Positions 1-10,000 of a DNA stretch of 64,000 bases are shown in pieces. The notes beneath the pieces are model-generated. The model saw only the letters and a list, made by a program, of their open reading frames with translations. It made no database searches and was not told the DNA's origin. How positions within the stretch are numbered: the stretch's first letter is position 1; the number at the start of each line of letters is the position of its first letter. This DNA is from Candidatus Latescibacterota bacterium (GTDB lineage Bacteria; Latescibacterota; UBA2968). Made by a program: the position numbers and the translations under genes. Location of the stretch: the NCBI GenBank assembly GCA_965207885.1, contig OZ242311.1:2688001-2752000 (forward strand). Reading direction: 5' to 3'.

Positions 1-1
1 C

Positions 2-850
2 GTGGATGCCCCTCAGATATCGCGCGTCACACTCAAAGACGATCACATCCTGGAAATAACTTCGAAGGGCGAGATCGTCTGGGAATGGTGGGGGCATCAC
101 CACCTGGAAGAATTCGGATTCAGCGATCGTGCGAAGCAGATCATATTTGAAACTGGCGGGGGGCAACAGCCCGGACAGGAAGGGGACTGGCTCCATCTGA
201 ATACGCTTCACACACTTCCCGACAATCCTTTATACGATCAGGGGGATACGAGATTCAAGCCGGGAAATATTCTCAGCTGTTCCAGAAATGGAAATCAGAT
301 ATTTATTATCGAGAAATCGACTGGAAATATCGTCTGGAAGTGGGGCTATTTGGACCAGATGGAAACCATGTGGTTAAACGGGACCGAAGGGCAGAATCAA
401 TACCTGGTAGGTCCACACGATCCCAAAATGCTGCACAACGGAAATATCCTGATATACGACAATGGAGGCGGTACGGGTTATCCTCCGATTAATCGATTCT
501 ACACCCGGCTTGTAGAAATCGATCCCGTGAGTGGAGAAGTCGTATGGGAATATGCTGCGGGGCCTCAGGCCAGCAAATTCCTGAGCATTGTTACTGGCGG
601 TGTACAGCGCCTCCCAAATGGGAACACGCTGAGTCTGGACACGGATAAGGGACGGATTTTCGAAGTGACCTGGGAAGGTGAAATCGTGTGGGAGTACATC
701 AATCCGAGAGGCGGGTTCTACAGAACCCAGCGCATTGCCTACCCCGATTGCCCACTGGATTCTCCGGACCCGAAGCCAGCAGACCTCCCGGTTCCCGATC
801 ACCTCGGCCTGCCGGTATCAGATACCCTGGATTACTGCCCATCTCTCTAA
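2..850 (+). CDS. Arylsulfotransferase (ASST)-like beta-propeller protein, 5' partial
   Basis: DWLHLN, GPHDP, DNG, RLPNGNTL and repeated GEIVWEY motifs typical of the aryl-sulfate sulfotransferase family; runs off the window start. Confidence 0.75.
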   Translation: MDAPQISRVTLKDDHILEITSKGEIVWEWWGHHHLEEFGFSDRAKQIIFETGGGQQPGQEGDWLHLNTLHTLPDNPLYDQGDTRFKPGNILSCSRNGNQIFIIEKSTGNIVWKWGYLDQMETMWLNGTEGQNQYLVGPHDPKMLHNGNILIYDNGGGTGYPPINRFYTRLVEIDPVSGEVVWEYAAGPQASKFLSIVTGGVQRLPNGNTLSLDTDKGRIFEVTWEGEIVWEYINPRGGFYRTQRIAYPDCPLDSPDPKPADLPVPDHLGLPVSDTLDYCPSL

Positions 851-885
851 AATTCGATGTCACCCTTCATCCCGACTACAGGATT

Positions 886-1818
886 ATGCCCATGTCCGAT
901 TACACGTTTAAACTCGCCATGTTCACGACCGAACTGAGACTGCCCTATGACCGGGCATTTCCCAAAGCGAAAGAGATCGGCGCGGATCGCATCTGGTACG
1001 CGCCTTCGGCAGGCGACCTTCCGTTTGAAGCCATGACCGACGCGGATATGGACCGCATCGGCGCGTGCGCCGAGCAGCATCAAACGGAGCTCTTCCTGCT
1101 CTGCGGAGGCCGTAAGTTTAAAACTGTGCATCTCAGCTATCTGGATCTGGACCATATGGAAGAACATCCCGAATTCCAGGAAGCCCGAGAGGAATTGACC
1201 GCCGCCATGAAGATGGCCGCCCGACTCAAAATTCCGGCAGTAGCCACGTTTACATTTGCCTGGCCGGGTGAATATACCGCTGGTAAGCCGACCTGGCCCA
1301 TGCGATGGATGACCCGCGGCGGCGTCATTTCCGATCTGGACATGGACAAACTGGTCCGGGCGTTTACGCTGCTGGTCGAAGATGCTGATCGCTACGATGT
1401 GGATCTGCCGCTGTGCATGATGCCGTGGAATTACACGAATACCACGGAACACATGCGGCAGGTGATCGAGGCGGTCGGTTCACCTCGCCTGAAAACGGTC
1501 TGGGGGCCAGCGGATACCATGAACTGCGGCGAATCGGACACCGCCACCCGCGGATTTCAGAATGTCCGTCCGTATCTTCATACGCTCCACATAAAAGATC
1601 TGACAGTCATAGACGGTCTGAAATGCGAGTTTGAATACTGTCCCATCGGCGAAGGGGACGTGGATTTTCCGACGGTACTGCGGAACCTGCGCGATTATCA
1701 GATCGACGCGGTGATATCCATCGCCACCCACTTCAAGCCGGAAAGCGGGTCGGCGGAAGAAGCGATGCGTATCAACTTTGCCAATATGAAAGCGTTGATC
1801 GGTGGGGTAGGGGACTGA
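886..1818 (+). CDS. Sugar phosphate isomerase/epimerase (xylose isomerase-like TIM barrel)
   Basis: LHIKD and PIGEGDVDFP motifs; start at 886 or 892 after caggatt rather than the ORF-track start at 688. Confidence 0.75.
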   Translation: MPMSDYTFKLAMFTTELRLPYDRAFPKAKEIGADRIWYAPSAGDLPFEAMTDADMDRIGACAEQHQTELFLLCGGRKFKTVHLSYLDLDHMEEHPEFQEAREELTAAMKMAARLKIPAVATFTFAWPGEYTAGKPTWPMRWMTRGGVISDLDMDKLVRAFTLLVEDADRYDVDLPLCMMPWNYTNTTEHMRQVIEAVGSPRLKTVWGPADTMNCGESDTATRGFQNVRPYLHTLHIKDLTVIDGLKCEFEYCPIGEGDVDFPTVLRNLRDYQIDAVISIATHFKPESGSAEEAMRINFANMKALIGGVGD

Positions 1819-1825
1819 TTCTCGA

Positions 1826-2878
1826 TCATTGCGGTACAGCGTCGCTGATGAACCCTTCGTTTCTCACCAGGACCTGGAGATCCAGGTTTGTCATAGGGAA
1901 ATCCACCCGGGCGTTGCCCAACCGCTCCGATTCGTGAAGAGAAAGCACCATTTCCAGTGCCGCTCGTCCATCTTCTCCAGTGGATATCGTATCCCGATCG
2001 CGGTCGAGGCTTTCTGCAATCTCCTCTACTGACAACGGGATCACACATCGGCCCCTGTCCGTTGTATTCAGCTTGTGTTCCTCTGGTATTTCGGGGAATT
2101 TTTCCTCTTTATTTTTGACGAAGAGCTTGAACTGACGTGGCCGTGTATTGGCCACCGTTATCCGTCCCCTGGATCCCAACAATTCAAAGAGGTGTTGGGC
2201 GCTCCCTCCGGTGGATCCGTTCACAATGCATTGTACGCCATTTTGAAAATGAAAGTACCCGGCACCACGGGGATCCAGAGCATCCGGATCCACCAGATGA
2301 CCGGTTGCCCACGCGACATCGCCTGCAAAGAAGCGCAGCATGTCGAAAAAGTGGGTTCCGTTATTGGCAAGCCCGGCGCTGTACTGGAGCGTCATCGCTT
2401 GAAGGGAGCCGATTACCTCCTGATCGATTAGCTCCTTAATTTGGCGAAATTGCCAATCCCATCGGCGCGTGTGGTTAATGCTCAGCTTTACGTTGTTTCT
2501 CCGGCAAGCATTAATCATTTCGTCTGCCTCTCGCAACGTAGTCGCCATCGCCTTCTCACAGAATATGGCTTTTACTCCTGACTGAGCCGCGGCAACAACG
2601 ATATCCCGATGCGGAATGGGATAGGTGCAAACACTCACGATATCCAGTTTCTCAGTATCCAGCATTTCCCGCCAATCTGTGTACAGACCCGGAACATCCC
2701 ATTTGCCTCCAAAACTCTGTCGGCGTTTATCGTCCCGATCTGCTGCTGCGACAATACGGGTTCGATCACAGTGATTGTAACAACCCGCATGGGTGTTCGG
2801 CGTTCCGCGATGTGTTTCCTGCTCCAGTAGGCTTGAAATCCTGCCACAGCCGATAACACCAACGTTATAAATTTGCAT
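1826..2878 (-). CDS. Gfo/Idh/MocA family oxidoreductase
   Basis: VGVIGCGRI Rossmann motif, CEKAMA, GTHFFD; start MQIYN at 2878 after ggag. Confidence 0.85.
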   Translation of the reverse strand: MQIYNVGVIGCGRISSLLEQETHRGTPNTHAGCYNHCDRTRIVAAADRDDKRRQSFGGKWDVPGLYTDWREMLDTEKLDIVSVCTYPIPHRDIVVAAAQSGVKAIFCEKAMATTLREADEMINACRRNNVKLSINHTRRWDWQFRQIKELIDQEVIGSLQAMTLQYSAGLANNGTHFFDMLRFFAGDVAWATGHLVDPDALDPRGAGYFHFQNGVQCIVNGSTGGSAQHLFELLGSRGRITVANTRPRQFKLFVKNKEEKFPEIPEEHKLNTTDRGRCVIPLSVEEIAESLDRDRDTISTGEDGRAALEMVLSLHESERLGNARVDFPMTNLDLQVLVRNEGFISDAVPQ

Positions 2879-2959
2879 AGAAAAGCTCCGGGGAAAATCG
2901 TGGGAAGAACTCGTTTTCAAGATCTCAGATCACAATCCAAACAAAGATTTCTACCTTCA

Positions 2960-4087
2960 TCATTGTACCTTCTCGCCTGCTTTCCCGCGGTCTTCCTGCC
3001 GCTCCAGCGGCAGTTCTTGCAAAAATGTCCACTGACGGTCCCCCAGCTTTTGAAGCTGCGATTCGTCGAGTTCCATCCCTAGACCCGGACCTTTAGGCAC
3101 GAGAAGGTAGCCATTTTCGTACTGGACCCGGTGTTTGACAACGTCGTCAATGTAGAGTTGCGCGCCAGCCGCATCGCCAGGGTAATCGAGGTTGGATACC
3201 GATGCGCCCAGATGCGCCTGCGCGGAGGTCCCAATAGAAAGTTCCTGAGTTGTGCCAATCAAGGTGGAGATTCCGGTGGCCTGTGCTATGGCGAAGATCT
3301 GGCGCGATCGTTTGATGCCCTGGTGGCAGGTCGCAATATTGAAGATGTCGACAGCCTGTCCTTCCGCGAAAGCAATGGCCTGGGTCTCGTCGCTGACATG
3401 CTCACTGACCGGGAACCGGATGCGCTCACGCACCTTTGCTTTGCCCGGGATGTCGGGTGCGGGACTTTCAACCAGGATCGGCTCGACCCACTGCAGACGC
3501 TCAATGGCGGCTACGCACGACTTCCAATCAAGTCGGCGGCTGAAGTCCAGTGATTTAACTTTGAATCGATCTCCATAACGATCGCGACACTCATGTAAGA
3601 TCTGATTGTCGATTTCGAGGTTTCCACCCACGTAAAATCGGAACAGGTCGAATCCCAGCTCGAGCATTCGACCGACTCGCTCGACGTTGGGTGCGACGTC
3701 CGCCTCTTCGAATTGTCGAAAGATGGGGTAGCAGATTTTGTAGCGATCTCGGTAAGCACCTCCATAGAGGTCGTGAATTGGAATGCCCAAGCTCTTGGCC
3801 CGAAGGTCGTGAATCGCAATGTCCACACCTGCGCCAATCTGTCCCTTATATCCGTCGACGATCGGATCGATGGCGGTTGGATCGGATGGATCGATTCCGA
3901 TCAACGATTTCCGAAGTATATACTCGAGATGGTTGATGTCGGGTATGTTTCGGATACTGAGGTCGGACATTTCGCCCACACCAACTACACCATCGTCTGA
4001 GATGATACGGGTGATAATGTGAGGACTAAGCGTACCGTTCTCTCGTCTTGTTCCGACTGCAAATAGATCGAGCTCTTTAATGGTCAA
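2960..4087 (-). CDS. Enolase-superfamily dehydratase, galactarate dehydratase II-like (R-x-Y subgroup)
   Basis: GEMSD, CYPIFR, FRFYVG, SLDFS, ESPAP, SEHV and GTTQELS motifs match my recollection of the Oceanobacillus GalrD-II sequence. Confidence 0.75.
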   Translation of the reverse strand: MTIKELDLFAVGTRRENGTLSPHIITRIISDDGVVGVGEMSDLSIRNIPDINHLEYILRKSLIGIDPSDPTAIDPIVDGYKGQIGAGVDIAIHDLRAKSLGIPIHDLYGGAYRDRYKICYPIFRQFEEADVAPNVERVGRMLELGFDLFRFYVGGNLEIDNQILHECRDRYGDRFKVKSLDFSRRLDWKSCVAAIERLQWVEPILVESPAPDIPGKAKVRERIRFPVSEHVSDETQAIAFAEGQAVDIFNIATCHQGIKRSRQIFAIAQATGISTLIGTTQELSIGTSAQAHLGASVSNLDYPGDAAGAQLYIDDVVKHRVQYENGYLLVPKGPGLGMELDESQLQKLGDRQWTFLQELPLERQEDRGKAGEKVQ

Positions 4088-4168
4088 AGCAGACTCCTTT
4101 CATCGATCGTCTCAGGAACACCAATACGAATAGAGCGACCCTTGTCGCAGCTTGAACCTGACGCCAGT

Positions 4169-5020
4169 TTATGTCCCATTGTAATCGTAGGGCTGGTTTC
4201 GGAAAAGGTAGTCTATTGGTTCATCTACAAAAATTATGTTCGGGTCCAGGTCGCTTTCTGCAAAGGCGGTTTCACAACCGGTATTGAACCGGAGAGGGGG
4301 AAGGCGACGCATCCAGTGGCAACAGTAGATCGCTGCGATCATGAACCGCGTTTGGTCGGAGAGATTTGGCATTCCCCGGTGCCAGAGCCGGGGATCGCGG
4401 ATCAGAATGCTTCCCTTTTTTGTATTCCCCCGGACCGGCGGTGCCACTTTCCGGCGTGCTTCATGCAGGTGTTCTTCTACCTTGATATCATCTCCATCTA
4501 CCTTTTGCGTTTCCAGATGGGAGCCGGGCCAGAGTTCGATACTCCCGTTGGCTTCTGTAACCTCGTCCAGGGCAATATTGACGATGACTTTAGACGGCGG
4601 GTGCGCGACATCCAGGTTTGGCCAGAGTTGTCCCGAGTCAACGTGTACCGGCTGGAGCTCGCTGCCCGGCAAGTTGGTGTTGCCGGTGTAGCGGTTGTTG
4701 AAGATCCCTTCGCCGAGCAGGGCTTTCGAGACCTGGACCACATAGGGATTCGCCAGAACGTCGCGAAAGACGTACGGGGGGAAGGGGGGCGGCTCCTGCT
4801 GGACGTTTCCCCAAACGAAGTTATGGGGTGGCGCAGGGGCGTTCATGATCTTCTCTATGTCTTCGGTCATCCGCTCACAGAGAAGATCGAGGTGTTCGTG
4901 CGCGACCACTGCATTGAGGATGATGTAGCCCTCCGTTCGAATGGCATCGAGGGCCTGTTTCAGGTGCGCGTCGGTGAGAGATTCGGCTGCGTGTTCTTCC
5001 GGTGTGACGGTGATTTCCAA
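4169..5020 (-). CDS. Phytanoyl-CoA dioxygenase (PhyH) family Fe(II)/2OG dioxygenase, KanJ-like
   Basis: QPVHVD, ELWPGSH, RLWHRG; TTG start at 5020 after ggag. Confidence 0.8.
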   Translation of the reverse strand: MEITVTPEEHAAESLTDAHLKQALDAIRTEGYIILNAVVAHEHLDLLCERMTEDIEKIMNAPAPPHNFVWGNVQQEPPPFPPYVFRDVLANPYVVQVSKALLGEGIFNNRYTGNTNLPGSELQPVHVDSGQLWPNLDVAHPPSKVIVNIALDEVTEANGSIELWPGSHLETQKVDGDDIKVEEHLHEARRKVAPPVRGNTKKGSILIRDPRLWHRGMPNLSDQTRFMIAAIYCCHWMRRLPPLRFNTGCETAFAESDLDPNIIFVDEPIDYLFRNQPYDYNGT

Positions 5021-5071
5021 GTGTACTCCCTTCCCGCAGAGCTTGCATCGTGTCATGAAAAAAGATGAGAG

Positions 5072-6106
5072 CTATTTTGTCGGGTCGTCCGACACCCGAA
5101 TAATAAGCTTACCAAAATTTTCACCTTTGAGCAGACCAATCAAAGCTGCGGGCGCGTTTTCCAAACCATCGACAATATCTTCCTTGTAGCGCAGTTTGTC
5201 TTCGCGAATCCATCCGCCTAAAGTGCTAAAAGCTTCTTCCCTTTGGTCCGCATAGTCCGAGACAATGAAACCCCGAAAGGTGAGTCGTTTGGTGAGAATT
5301 TGGCGCAGCATATAATGCATCTGGTTGGGACCGGGTGGCAATCCCGTATCATTGGCAATGGCGATGGTGCCACATACGGGTATCCGGGCAAAGGGGTTGA
5401 ACAGCGGCAACACCGTCTCAAACACCTTGCCAGCCACATTCTCAAAATAAACGTCAATCCCGTCTGGACAAGCACCAGCGATTTGTTCTTCAAAATCGTC
5501 GGCTCTGTGGTTCACACACGCATCGAATCCAAACGCATCGGTGACATACCGGCATTTTTCTTCAGACCCCGCGATGCCCACGGTCCGCGCGCCTTTGATT
5601 TTGGCGATTTGCCCAACGACCGAACCCACAGCTCCCGAGGCAGCCGCCACAACGACTGTCTCATCGGGTTGCGGTTTGCCGATATTGAGCAGCCCCGTGT
5701 ATGCGGTCATGCCCGGCATGCCCAGCACGCCCACTGAGGTAGAGATCGGCCCCCAGGCCGGATCGATCTTGCGCAGCGCCTTTCCGGGGAGCGCGAAAAG
5801 GGATTGCCACCCGCCCTTGCCTTCCACGATGTCGCCCTCGGCAAATTCCGAATCGTTTGAGGCGATCACCTTTCCCACGCAGCCGCCCTCCATCACCGTG
5901 CCAAGTTCGACCGGTTTGGCATAGTTTTTCGCCTTACTCATCCTGCCGCGCATGTAGGGATCCAGCGAAAGATAAATCGTCTGGCACAAAACTTCACCCT
6001 CACCAGGGGCAGGCACGTCGGATTCCACCAACTGGAAATCACCCGGTTTCGGTTCTCCTTCGGGACGAGCAACCAGCAAGATTTGACGGTTTTTTAGATC
6101 GGACAT
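5072..6106 (-). CDS. NADP-dependent oxidoreductase (CurA/YncB, prostaglandin reductase-like MDR)
   Basis: YLSLDPYMRGRM, GMPGMTAY, AASGAVG, GENFGK; start MSDLKNRQ at 6106. Confidence 0.9.
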   Translation of the reverse strand: MSDLKNRQILLVARPEGEPKPGDFQLVESDVPAPGEGEVLCQTIYLSLDPYMRGRMSKAKNYAKPVELGTVMEGGCVGKVIASNDSEFAEGDIVEGKGGWQSLFALPGKALRKIDPAWGPISTSVGVLGMPGMTAYTGLLNIGKPQPDETVVVAAASGAVGSVVGQIAKIKGARTVGIAGSEEKCRYVTDAFGFDACVNHRADDFEEQIAGACPDGIDVYFENVAGKVFETVLPLFNPFARIPVCGTIAIANDTGLPPGPNQMHYMLRQILTKRLTFRGFIVSDYADQREEAFSTLGGWIREDKLRYKEDIVDGLENAPAALIGLLKGENFGKLIIRVSDDPTK

Positions 6107-6125
6107 ATGTATTCCTTTATCAAGT

Positions 6126-6971
6126 TCAAATGCGTGCGAATTTTTGCAGTCGATTGGGTAGGCGGGGCACTTCGGTGACGTAAATATCACCGCGACTATC
6201 AACGCAGATGCCGTGCGCAGGATCGATAAACTGCCCGGGATCTGAGCCTTCCTCGCCCCATCGTGCCAGCAGAGCACCATCCAGGTCAAAAATGCTGACG
6301 CGCTGGGGCGCTTCGGCAATATAGACAATATGATCTGCATCGATGTGTATGTTATTCGGAGATTGGATATCTGTCCACTCCTCTAGAAAGTTCCCATCAA
6401 AATCGAAAAGCTGAATGCGGTGGTTTTCTCGGTCGCTTACAAGCACGCGGTCGCGTGGGTCAATGCATAAATCGTGCGGCAGGGCAAACTGGCCGGGTCC
6501 CGTGCCTTCCTCGCCCCAGGAAAGAATCCGTTCGCCTTTCGCTGAAAAACGATGCACCCGGTGCTGGCCGTATCCATCCGAAACAAAAATCTCACCTGAG
6601 GGAGCGGCCATTGCCTTGGTTGGCCTGTTGAACGGCTCGCCCGGTGAACCTGTTTGGCCTGGCATCCCCAGGGTCTGAAGCACTTCTCCATCCGTGCTGA
6701 AGATACGCACAGTATGATCGTCAACATCCGCACAATAAATTCGATCTGCCGGGTCGATCCAGATATTATGCGGATTTGAGAGCACGTCATCACCCCATGC
6801 ACCGAGAAAGTGACCTTCCGAATCGTAAACCAGAATACCCGCAGGCTCTCGCAGGGTGACATAAACGCGATCCTGCGAGTCAACTGCCACATCGGGCACG
6901 ATCCCACCCATCTCTTTCCCTTCGGGACCTCGTCCCCATCCTTCAACAACGCGGTATTGATAAGTTGCCAT
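6126..6971 (-). CDS. NHL-repeat protein, peptidyl-alpha-hydroxyglycine lyase-like
   Basis: Repeated NHL units: FNRPT, VSDGYG, GQFALPH, DRENHRIQ. Confidence 0.8.
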   Translation of the reverse strand: MATYQYRVVEGWGRGPEGKEMGGIVPDVAVDSQDRVYVTLREPAGILVYDSEGHFLGAWGDDVLSNPHNIWIDPADRIYCADVDDHTVRIFSTDGEVLQTLGMPGQTGSPGEPFNRPTKAMAAPSGEIFVSDGYGQHRVHRFSAKGERILSWGEEGTGPGQFALPHDLCIDPRDRVLVSDRENHRIQLFDFDGNFLEEWTDIQSPNNIHIDADHIVYIAEAPQRVSIFDLDGALLARWGEEGSDPGQFIDPAHGICVDSRGDIYVTEVPRLPNRLQKFARI

Positions 6972-6997
6972 CGTGTACTCCTTTCAAATATGCCCGA

Positions 6998-7831
6998 CTA
7001 CCTGTCCAGTTTAACCCAATCGGGCCAAACGCTGGCAAAAAATGCTCGCTGAATGCCCCGTACGCTCTCTCCGCCGTCAACAACGAGATTGGAGCCTACG
7101 CTGAAGTTGCCGGCTTGCGAAGCGAGAAAGATGGCCAGGCCTGCGATGTTTTCCTTCTCTCCAACCCGTTTGCCTGGAATGCTCTTCTTCATCTCGTCTG
7201 TGTGATCCCGAGCCACCTTATTCAAATCGCTGGGAAAATCACCGGGGGAGATGGTATTGACTTGAATCCCTTCCCAGGCCAAACTATCACCTAAATGTCG
7301 GCCCAAATGGATCACACCTGCTTTGCTGGCTCCGTAGGCATAATTGTAAGCTGTGTTGAGTTTACCACAGCCGTCGATAGACGCGATATTGATCACATTG
7401 CACGGTGTTTCTGGCGAAGCCCCCACGCGCAGGAATGGCAGAAACGCTTGGGTCATAAAAAAGATGCTTTTGAGATTGAGGTCCATCACCGCGTCCCATG
7501 TTTCCTCCGTCACATCCTCGATCTCCCTGCGACCATCGCTGATTCCAGCGTTGTTGATCAAAATATCGAGCGAATGTTCTCGTTCACCGTAGGCCTTTGC
7601 CAGCGCCTTGATTCCGGAGACTGAATTTACATCGGCTGCGATATACTCGCAGGAGCCGATTTGTGCAAGTTCCTCTTGTTTCTTTTTTAGAACCTCTTCT
7701 CTGCGTGCGACAATGTAAACCTTCGCTCCAAAATTGACAAAGCCTTCGGCGATCATCGCTCCGATGCCGGTCGAACCACCAGTCACCAGTGCGGTTTTTC
7801 CCTCCAGTGAAAATAGATCTCTCATTTTCAT
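6998..7831 (-). CDS. Short-chain dehydrogenase/reductase (SDR)
   Basis: TGGSTGIG, NNAG, YGASK catalytic YxxxK. Confidence 0.9.
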   Translation of the reverse strand: MKMRDLFSLEGKTALVTGGSTGIGAMIAEGFVNFGAKVYIVARREEVLKKKQEELAQIGSCEYIAADVNSVSGIKALAKAYGEREHSLDILINNAGISDGRREIEDVTEETWDAVMDLNLKSIFFMTQAFLPFLRVGASPETPCNVINIASIDGCGKLNTAYNYAYGASKAGVIHLGRHLGDSLAWEGIQVNTISPGDFPSDLNKVARDHTDEMKKSIPGKRVGEKENIAGLAIFLASQAGNFSVGSNLVVDGGESVRGIQRAFFASVWPDWVKLDR

Positions 7832-7873
7832 TTCTCCGTGAGTTGGGCAATCTGTCGATGTTCGGCTGCCTGC

Positions 7874-8584
7874 TTACACATCCCATCGCCACGTATTGCG
7901 ACAGGCAAGCCGTGGATACTCATTCGCGTTCTTGCTTCCCGCGTGTACAAAAAAGTTCTGGTAAAACAGAATGTCTCCACGCTTTGCCACCAATTCCACA
8001 CCTTCGCCAATATCCACCTTATGCATATCCGAGTTCACGTCCCACAGGTAGGGGTACTTCTCTGGATTGCTTTCGGCAAGACCCCGCATCTTTTTATGTG
8101 AACCCGGCCATCCAAACGTGCAACCTCCATGCGATTCTGTATCACTCAAATACAAAATTGAATGCACACTGATTGGAATCGGAAATGTCACATTAAACTT
8201 CTCCCGGTTGGTTCCGCCATCGAAGTGAGGTTTCTGGTGGCTCCATTCACCTTCCGTGGGAAACGTGTTCTGCGTCAGGATATCCTTCGGCGCGTGGATT
8301 TCCTCGCGATCTACACCCGTCAATTCAGAAAGTGCGGTCAAAATATTATCCGTATAACACGCTAAGATCTCCGGCGTGCCCAATCTTCGATTTTCCGGCA
8401 GTGCGCGATGCCGTTGACTAATCGCAGGCGCTGATACGCGGTCCCAGGTTTCGGGATCGTCGCGGTCCATTTCTAAAGCCGCCCACATCGCGTCTTCACC
8501 TTTGCGAGCTACATCCTCAGGAACCAAACCCGACGCCAGCAAATACCCTTCTTCGCGAAACTGCTTCTTCTGCTCATCTGTCAT
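7874..8584 (-). CDS. PhyH family dioxygenase
   Basis: EEGYL, PHFD, WPGSH, GDILF, FVHAG; homologous to 59191..59958. Confidence 0.75.
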   Translation of the reverse strand: MTDEQKKQFREEGYLLASGLVPEDVARKGEDAMWAALEMDRDDPETWDRVSAPAISQRHRALPENRRLGTPEILACYTDNILTALSELTGVDREEIHAPKDILTQNTFPTEGEWSHQKPHFDGGTNREKFNVTFPIPISVHSILYLSDTESHGGCTFGWPGSHKKMRGLAESNPEKYPYLWDVNSDMHKVDIGEGVELVAKRGDILFYQNFFVHAGSKNANEYPRLACRNTWRWDV

Positions 8585-8587
8585 TAT

Positions 8588-9940
8588 TTACTCCTCATTC
8601 TGTTGCACAGGTCTGTTTCTATTTCTCCGAGGTCTTCTAATCCTTGGCGCCATCTGGCTTCTCCATGTCTTGAATTTTTTTTGTAGCCGCTGAACCATTT
8701 CCGGTTGCTGGTTTGCCAGATCGTTTTTCTCACCTATATCTGCATCCAGATCGTACAATTCCAGCTTCTTAGACCTGCTAAATGTAAGCTTCCATTTTCC
8801 TTCTCGAATCGCCCAGGTTCCCGAATCGCCATCCCAATACAACGCATCGTGCAATGCCCCTTCTGTTTTACCTTGCAAGACTGGCAACATATTTTTGCCA
8901 TCGTAGATACGGTCTTCGGGCAATGGAATGCCAATAGCTGCACAGACAGTCGGCAAAATATCCATACAAATAACCGGTTCATCACACACACCACCTGCTT
9001 CCAAATGCCCTGGCCAGGACACGAGAAACGGCACGCGTAGCCCCCCCTCATAGACATTTTGCTTGTAACCGCGCAGGGGCATATTGTTTGCATTTGTGGC
9101 CCTTGCACCACCATTATCTGAAAAATAAAAGATGAGTGTATTTTCCCACACGCCATTGGCCTTGAGCGCTGCCACCACATCGCCAACAGCGATATCCATT
9201 CTTTTGAGCATGCCCATCAAAATATCGCGTTTGGAATCTCCTGTATTAAATTGTTTGATATCCTCTTCGGGAGCTTGCAACGGCGCATGTACGGCATTAA
9301 AGGGAAGATAAAGAAAGAATGGGGCGTTTTTGTTTCGTTCAATGAATCCAACAGCCTCTCGCGCCAGATTATCGGTCAAGTACCCGGTATCATTGATAAT
9401 CTCTTTATTTCGATATATCGCATTATGGGCTCTGTCCTCTTTATAATTTAAATCAAAATAGTCGTGGCCTCCATGCCCTAAAAATCCGTAAAATTCATCA
9501 AATCCACGGTTGTTTGGATGATATTCAGGCGTCAAACCCAAATGCCATTTTCCAAATACCCCCGTCCTGTACCCCGCTTTTTTGAGTAGATCTGCAAGTG
9601 TGATTTCATCAACCGGCATACCGGCGCGTGAGTCACTGGCTGTATAAAAACCAAAGCGCTGCTGGTATCGACCGGTCATCAAACCCGCCCTGGTGGGCGC
9701 ACATACAAAGGCACTGGCATATCCATTTGTCATTCGAATGCCCGAGTTGGCCAGTGCGTCGATATGTGGTGTATAGACTTCTGCGGGATGTGCCTGGTAA
9801 CTCACATCTCCAAAGCCCTGGTCGTCTGACAAAATCACCACAATGTTTGGACGTTTGGCATCTTCGGCCCATACTAATGGGTTTGCTATCATTCCAGATA
9901 CTCCTATTCCCAATGCTTTTAAAGCTGCGCGTCGATCCAT
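8588..9940 (-). CDS. Sulfatase (Cys-type) with Tat-like signal peptide
   Basis: MDRRAALKAL twin-arginine leader, PNIVVILSDD, CAPTR, GKWHLG. Confidence 0.9.
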   Translation of the reverse strand: MDRRAALKALGIGVSGMIANPLVWAEDAKRPNIVVILSDDQGFGDVSYQAHPAEVYTPHIDALANSGIRMTNGYASAFVCAPTRAGLMTGRYQQRFGFYTASDSRAGMPVDEITLADLLKKAGYRTGVFGKWHLGLTPEYHPNNRGFDEFYGFLGHGGHDYFDLNYKEDRAHNAIYRNKEIINDTGYLTDNLAREAVGFIERNKNAPFFLYLPFNAVHAPLQAPEEDIKQFNTGDSKRDILMGMLKRMDIAVGDVVAALKANGVWENTLIFYFSDNGGARATNANNMPLRGYKQNVYEGGLRVPFLVSWPGHLEAGGVCDEPVICMDILPTVCAAIGIPLPEDRIYDGKNMLPVLQGKTEGALHDALYWDGDSGTWAIREGKWKLTFSRSKKLELYDLDADIGEKNDLANQQPEMVQRLQKKFKTWRSQMAPRIRRPRRNRNRPVQQNEE

Positions 9941-10000
9941 ATTGTAACGCTCCTTATCTTCAGCCCCATTCATATGCCCGGCAACCGCATAACTAAAGCC

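Noticed and set aside
4142-5068. Long antisense or alternative-frame ORFs (e.g. 4142..5068+, 13114..14304-, 23530..24324+, 49463..50362+, 62972..63772+)
   Set aside because: They are shadows of well-supported genes in GC-rich sequence and show no family motifs.
5072-6340. ORF-track extended starts (6340, 688, 9973, 35414, 41487, 46192, 51771, 59041, 59092)
   Set aside because: The extensions overlap neighbouring genes, promoters or ghost spacers. Downstream starts have an RBS and/or family-typical N-termini.
5021-6981. Shared ggagtacac upstream of two genes
   Set aside because: Mostly Shine-Dalgarno sequence, so low information content.
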